A program made the position numbers and the translations under genes. The notes beneath the pieces are model-generated. The model had not been told where the DNA came from. It saw only the letters and a list, made by a program, of their open reading frames with translations, and made no database searches. Below are positions 58,775 through 64,000 of a DNA stretch of 64,000 bases, one piece after another. Source of the DNA: an uncultured Paludibacter sp. (GTDB lineage Bacteria; Bacteroidota; Bacteroidia; Bacteroidales; Paludibacteraceae); assembly GCA_964350125.1 (NCBI GenBank), contig CAYGJI010000004.1, forward strand, positions 3,443 through 67,442, in the 5' to 3' direction. Within the stretch, counting starts at the first letter, position 1; every line of letters starts with the position of its first letter.

Positions 58775-61669
58775 ATGAGTACCGACGAAATTATAGATGC
58801 TGAAAACGAAGCGGAGGAGCTGAATGGCGTTGACTTGTCTGAAGATAAGCCGGAGCCAGTCAGGGAAGTGCATTCGAACTACAAGGTTCCAAAGATATCC
58901 GATGAGATGACCAAACACCATCTTTCGGGCATGTATCAGAGCTGGTTTCTTGATTACGCTTCCTACGTAATTCTGGAACGTGCAGTTCCTGATATTTACG
59001 ATGGTCTGAAACCAGTGCAACGTCGTATTCTGCACTCGATGAAACGGCTCGACGACGGTCGTTACAACAAAGTGGCCAATATTGTCGGGCATACCATGCA
59101 GTTTCACCCCCATGGTGATGCTTCGATTGGTGATGCATTGGTGCAGCTTGGACAAAAAGACCTGCTCATCGATTGTCAGGGTAACTGGGGAAATATACTC
59201 ACGGGTGATAGTGCCGCCGCTCCACGTTATATAGAAGCACGACTTACCAAATTTGCGCTCGATGTGGTTTTCAATCCCAAAACCACTGGCTGGAAACCAT
59301 CCTACGATGGGCGCAATAAAGAACCCGTTTCGTTGCCGGTAAAGTTCCCACTGTTGCTTGCTCAGGGCGTGGAAGGTATTGCCGTGGGGCTGAATTCCAA
59401 GATTCTGCCGCACAACTTCAACGAACTGCTTGATGCGTGTGTTGCCCATCTTAAGGGTGAGGATTTTATGCTTTTCCCTGATTTTCAGACCGGTGGTTCG
59501 ATCGATGTGAGCCGCTACAACGATGGCGAACGTGGTGGTGCTGTTAAGGTTCGCGCCAAAATCAGCAAAGTGGATAATAAAACACTGGCTATCACTGAAA
59601 TTCCTTTCAGTACCAATACCTCAAAACTCATTGAGTCTATCATTAAGGCATCTGAAAAGGGCAAAATCAAGATTCGTAAAATTGATGATAATACTTCGGC
59701 TAATGTTGAAATTCTGGTGCACCTTCAACCCGGCTCCTCCTCTGATAAAACCATCGATGCGCTTTATGCATTTACCGATTGCGAAATAAGCATATCGCCC
59801 AACTGTTGTGTTATTCATGATAACAAACCACGTTTTCTCAGGGTGAGCGATTTGTTGCGCATTAGTTGTGAACATACCATGAATTTGCTGGAACTGGAGC
59901 TTCATATCCAACGCGATGAACTGCGTGAACAACTATTCTTTACTTCCCTCGAAAAAGTATTCATCGAAAACCGCATATATAAAGATAAAGATTTCGAAGA
60001 CAGTACATCTCAGAATGAGGCAGTTACGCATATCGACAAAAGATTAGAACCTTTTAAGCCTTCCTTCGTCAGAGAGGTAATCAGGGAAGATATCCTCAAA
60101 CTGCTTGAGATCAAAATGATGCGCATCACCAAATTCGACACCGATAAAGCCAATGATACGCTGATAGCACTGGATAAGAAAATCAGAGAAGTGGAGTATG
60201 AACTTGAACATCTGGTCGATTATACCATTTTCTGGTTCGAGGGTCTGAAACAGAAATACGGAAAAAGCTACCCGCGCCGCACCGAAATCAGAAATTTCGA
60301 AACCATAGTTGCCACTAAAGTGGTGGAAGCTAATGAAAAATTATATGTAAACCGTGAAGAGGGTTTTATTGGAACTGCACTGAAAAAGGATGAATATGTT
60401 TGCAATTGTTCCGATATCGATGATATAATCCTCTTCTTCAGAGATGGAAAATATAAGGTCGTAAAAATTGCCGATAAACTTTTTGTTGGTAAAAACATCC
60501 TGCATATCGATGTGTTCCGTAAAAACGACAAACGCACGGTTTATAATACTGTTTATCGTGATGGAAAAACCGGGCCATACTACATCAAACGCTTTGCCGT
60601 TAACGGTATTACACGCGATAAGGAGTATGATGTGACTCAGGGAAAGGCCGGATCGAAAATAGTTTATTTTACTTCGAACCCCAACGCTGAGGCTGAAGTA
60701 ATAAGGGTAACGCTGAAGCCAAAACCACGCCTGAACAAACTGATTTTTGAGAAAAATTTCAGTGAGATAGCCATCAAAGGCCGGCAGTCGATGGGCAATA
60801 TTCTTACAAGGTATGATATCCATAAGTTGGCACTCAAACATAAGGGAGGTTCAACCCTGGGTGGACGTCAGGTTTGGTTCGACCGCGATGTGTTGCGCCT
60901 CAACTACGACAAGCGTGGTGAATACCTGGGTGAATTCCACAGTGAGGACCAGATTATTGTGATGTCATCGAAAGGTGATTATTATACCACCGGATTCGAT
61001 TTGAGTATTCATTTCGAAAGGGACATCCTGATCATCGAAAAGTTTAATTCGAATAAAGTGTGGACAGTAGCATTATACGATGCCGATCAACAGTATTATT
61101 ATCTGAAACGCTTCCAGCTGGAGCCATCGCAGAAAATGCAAAATGTTTTGGGAGATAATCCCGAATCTAAGTTGATGGTTATTTCAGACAAAGAATATCC
61201 TCGCATCAAGGTTGAATTCAGAGGCAACGATTCTTATCGTGAGGCCCTTGAGGTCGATGCTGAAGAGTTTATCGGAGTGAAAAGCTTCAAAGCCAAAGGT
61301 AAACGACTTACAACTTTTGAGGTTGGGGCCATCACTGAACTTGATCCGCTGCGTTTTAATGAGCCGGAGGAATCAGACGAGAACGGTGAAAATGGCGACA
61401 ATGATGTTGTTGGTGATGAAACTGAGTCGGCAAACTATAACGAAAAGGTTGACTCAAATGATGGTAGCGTGCAACCTGGAAATGAGATGGGCGATCATGA
61501 AGCAGCAGTTCCTGAAGCAGAGCAGCCTCAGGCAGAAGTGAAACCAAAACCCAAAAGAAAACCACGCGTTAGTTCGGAAAGTGAACCCCGGACTTTGCCC
61601 GATGAAGAAGAAATTATTGATCAAAAAAGAATTATTGATGAAATAACGGGGCAGATGTCGTTGTTTTGA
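58775..61669 (+). CDS. parC: DNA topoisomerase IV subunit A (GyrA/ParC family)
   Basis: DGLKPVQRR, HPHGD, AAPRYIEARL and an acidic C-terminal tail. Confidence 0.88.
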   Translation: MSTDEIIDAENEAEELNGVDLSEDKPEPVREVHSNYKVPKISDEMTKHHLSGMYQSWFLDYASYVILERAVPDIYDGLKPVQRRILHSMKRLDDGRYNKVANIVGHTMQFHPHGDASIGDALVQLGQKDLLIDCQGNWGNILTGDSAAAPRYIEARLTKFALDVVFNPKTTGWKPSYDGRNKEPVSLPVKFPLLLAQGVEGIAVGLNSKILPHNFNELLDACVAHLKGEDFMLFPDFQTGGSIDVSRYNDGERGGAVKVRAKISKVDNKTLAITEIPFSTNTSKLIESIIKASEKGKIKIRKIDDNTSANVEILVHLQPGSSSDKTIDALYAFTDCEISISPNCCVIHDNKPRFLRVSDLLRISCEHTMNLLELELHIQRDELREQLFFTSLEKVFIENRIYKDKDFEDSTSQNEAVTHIDKRLEPFKPSFVREVIREDILKLLEIKMMRITKFDTDKANDTLIALDKKIREVEYELEHLVDYTIFWFEGLKQKYGKSYPRRTEIRNFETIVATKVVEANEKLYVNREEGFIGTALKKDEYVCNCSDIDDIILFFRDGKYKVVKIADKLFVGKNILHIDVFRKNDKRTVYNTVYRDGKTGPYYIKRFAVNGITRDKEYDVTQGKAGSKIVYFTSNPNAEAEVIRVTLKPKPRLNKLIFEKNFSEIAIKGRQSMGNILTRYDIHKLALKHKGGSTLGGRQVWFDRDVLRLNYDKRGEYLGEFHSEDQIIVMSSKGDYYTTGFDLSIHFERDILIIEKFNSNKVWTVALYDADQQYYYLKRFQLEPSQKMQNVLGDNPESKLMVISDKEYPRIKVEFRGNDSYREALEVDAEEFIGVKSFKAKGKRLTTFEVGAITELDPLRFNEPEESDENGENGDNDVVGDETESANYNEKVDSNDGSVQPGNEMGDHEAAVPEAEQPQAEVKPKPKRKPRVSSESEPRTLPDEEEIIDQKRIIDEITGQMSLF

Positions 61670-61771
61670 TGCTGTTGTGATTTAATCCTGAAATTTCAAG
61701 CCAAATACGTCAGCTCTTATAATCCAGGGGTGAAGGGTTTCAATTGATAGGGTACCATATTATACACAAAA

Positions 61772-61844
61772 GGTCGCAAAGGATTAGGCTATGCCTGTTC
61801 TTCCTTTGCGACCCCGGCGTGAAACTATCTGCTTGAAACTATCT
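61772..61844. terminator. Hairpin between convergent genes, followed by short direct repeats
   Basis: GGTCGCAAAGGA (61772-61783) pairs with TCCTTTGCGACC (61802-61813). TGAAACTATCT occurs twice. Confidence 0.55.
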
Positions 61845-61869
61845 TCGTGAAAAGCGCTTGAAGTATTAT

Positions 61870-62565
61870 TTACAACACCCTGAACGATAATCCCAGTTTA
61901 ATAACCGGATATATACCACTCCAATCGAAACCATTGATGGTATCAATCAGTTTAGTGAATGATTCGTTTTCGGAGTTTCCTGCAAACATACCGGTACCCG
62001 AAAGTTTAAGATCATAGCCTTTCATGTAATACGCACCAATCTCTAAACTGAGCGACATTCCTGGTCGCCGCGCAATATTCCGGCCATAACCCAAGCCAAG
62101 ATAAGGAGCCATTTTTTCGAGTGGTCTCAGTGAAAGATTTAATTCCCCGATATCTTCGGGTTCCCAGGTAATGTCCCCAATTTTCATTGCTTCAGCTGTC
62201 ATGAGTTTGGCCGAATGATCCAGATTGGTTTGGATAATACCTCCGGTCAGATAAAAATCCCGCTGAATATACAGGTCGATCATACCACCAATTCCCCCCG
62301 TTTTAATGGTAGGGAATACATTGAGAGCTATATCCGATATTGTAAGTGGAATCGGTTCAGGCAGCGCATAGTTGATATCTTCATAAATGAGCCTGATGGC
62401 CAATGTGTTGCCAAGGCTAATTGCTGCCTGGGCGCCGATACCATTTGTCGATACATGTCCGCCCACGGCTATTCCAATTTTTGAGGGCGCTTTGGTCCCT
62501 TCAGACTGGGCGTTAACTGCCAATCCGATGAAAAGCAGAACGATTATAATAAAATGCTTTTTCAT
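61870..62565 (-). CDS. Probable outer-membrane beta-barrel protein
   Basis: Signal peptide, STNGIG, APYLGLGYG and C-terminal YPVIKLGLSFRV. Confidence 0.7.
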   Translation of the reverse strand: MKKHFIIIVLLFIGLAVNAQSEGTKAPSKIGIAVGGHVSTNGIGAQAAISLGNTLAIRLIYEDINYALPEPIPLTISDIALNVFPTIKTGGIGGMIDLYIQRDFYLTGGIIQTNLDHSAKLMTAEAMKIGDITWEPEDIGELNLSLRPLEKMAPYLGLGYGRNIARRPGMSLSLEIGAYYMKGYDLKLSGTGMFAGNSENESFTKLIDTINGFDWSGIYPVIKLGLSFRVL

Positions 62566-62604
62566 AAAATTCACCATTTTTTGATTGTTAAACATCGGAT
62601 TTTT

Positions 62605-64000
62605 TTAGCGAAGCTGATTCATTAAATTATCTGGCAATACAGCGTTGTATTTTATATCCACAATATTATTTTCGGGACGATTTACATCAAAACTGATGGT
62701 TGCTGATTGATTCCCTGTTGAGAAGTTGATTGTGGGAGTCATGGTTACACGTAGCTGAGAAGTTCCTAATTTATCAATTTTCAATGTTCCCATGCCATAA
62801 TTGTTGCCGAAATAACCTAAAATCTCATAAGTTTCACCTAATTCGAAATCGACTGTTGCTTTTCCATTCCAAAGATAGAAATAACTCCAGTTTCGGGCAG
62901 TGCTGGTTTTAAAATATACGTAAGCATTTGGTCTGATAATAAACTGGGCATTGGTGGCAGATGTTGCAGCCAAATCAAGTTTTACTGTTATTTGCTCGGG
63001 GGGTGAAGGAATATTTTCAGTAACAGTAATTTCAATGATTTGACCACTACACAAATTGGCTACATTTAATGTTGCTGGTGAGAATGTAAGTGTTCTGGAA
63101 GCATCCCATCCGGCATCTTCAAATTTAAATGTTGCAGCTACATTGGAAGGGGTATTGTAAAGTTGCAGAAATCCATCACCAATGTGAGTATAACCGATTT
63201 TATCAAAGGTAGTATTTGCAATTCTCGAAGTTACCTTCACGTATGGATAATGTCCGGTAAGGTTTCCTTTAAAGATAAATTTGGTGCCAAGCGTGCACGA
63301 ATTATAGAAGAAATCCCAGTTCCAGAAACTTAAGTGTGTCACTGTTTCTTCGAGTACTAATTCGCCGTTTTCAAGTTTTACTGTAGCCATCTTTTCGTAC
63401 ACCCATTCGCCCGATTCTATTTCTTTGCTCCACATCTCAATGCGGTCACCGACTTTTATCGGTAGTCCAGTGTTTGGGTTTATGAGGGTTGGTGGTACCA
63501 CTGTGCGTAATTTAATGCCCCCGTTTTCGAAGGTTTTTACTTCTTTACCCCCCGCAGTTAAATTCACTGAGAACATGCCTGCTGAAATGAACTCAATTTG
63601 TCCTTCAGAACCATCAGGTAGGGTAGCGCTTACATTGGTGCCGCCGGGGAATGCATTCTGAGCCGACTCAGACACGGGGTCGTAATAAACTATTTCAGAT
63701 TTTACTGTGCCCGTTACCGGATTTCCGGAAGCATCCTTCAAAACTACTCCAGCTGGTACAGTAACGGTTTGCTTACCAAGATTCATTGTTTGTATTGCAG
63801 GAGCAACTGTTTGTCCCGTAACCCCCGCTACAGCAAAACTGTTGTTTACTGAAACACTTACACCCTGTGGTGCATTAGTTAAGTTTGTTAGTTTAATAGT
63901 GACAGTGTTGAGTTTAGCTTCATAAAGCATCACTCGCTGGGTCGTGGAGAGATAACCATCAGCTGTAACAGCCAGATCAAACTCAATTGGAGCTGTTTTT
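62605..64000 (-). CDS. Hypothetical beta-rich exported protein (5' end outside the window)
   Basis: The frame stays open to the window edge (KTAPIEFDLAVTADGYLST...). Contains FISAGMFSV and VTHLSFWNWD motifs. Confidence 0.7.
   Translation of the reverse strand, partial: KTAPIEFDLAVTADGYLSTTQRVMLYEAKLNTVTIKLTNLTNAPQGVSVSVNNSFAVAGVTGQTVAPAIQTMNLGKQTVTVPAGVVLKDASGNPVTGTVKSEIVYYDPVSESAQNAFPGGTNVSATLPDGSEGQIEFISAGMFSVNLTAGGKEVKTFENGGIKLRTVVPPTLINPNTGLPIKVGDRIEMWSKEIESGEWVYEKMATVKLENGELVLEETVTHLSFWNWDFFYNSCTLGTKFIFKGNLTGHYPYVKVTSRIANTTFDKIGYTHIGDGFLQLYNTPSNVAATFKFEDAGWDASRTLTFSPATLNVANLCSGQIIEITVTENIPSPPEQITVKLDLAATSATNAQFIIRPNAYVYFKTSTARNWSYFYLWNGKATVDFELGETYEILGYFGNNYGMGTLKIDKLGTSQLRVTMTPTINFSTGNQSATISFDVNRPENNIVDIKYNAVLPDNLMNQLR

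Noticed and set aside
61360..61669. Acidic low-complexity ParC tail and absence of adjacent parE
   Set aside because: Disordered tails ending in a Q.SLF-like motif and unlinked parE are, to my knowledge, ordinary in Bacteroidales.

Overview
Bacteroidales chromosomal segment (Paludibacter-like by inference: TAnnTTTG promoters, SusC/D, T9SS cargo, single-chain GlyRS). Housekeeping genes (rnr, mlaE/F-type ABC, xth, cydAB, creD, glyQS, parC-like) flank a ~27 kb alginate/polyuronate utilization locus (12372-39401). It encodes a FadR/GntR repressor, SusC/D, two intact PL6, one internally deleted PL6, PL38, PL17, an unclassified jelly-roll lyase, GH88, two uncharacterised T9SS proteins, KdgF, an ExuT-type MFS and an SDR. 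The repressor's likely operator (TGGT-N2-ACCA) overlaps the -7 box of three promoters. The two most novel-looking items are (1) a translationally coupled operon of TonB receptor, FptX/RhtX/AmpG-type permease, HemY and ferrochelatase (45202-50877), which looks like a porphyrin import-and-finish heme module, and (2) a leader ORF that spans an intrinsic terminator just upstream of a TonB receptor (9948-10349), which looks like a translation-coupled attenuator. No rRNA, tRNA, CRISPR array or transposase was recognised. All family calls are from motif recognition by eye, not database searches.
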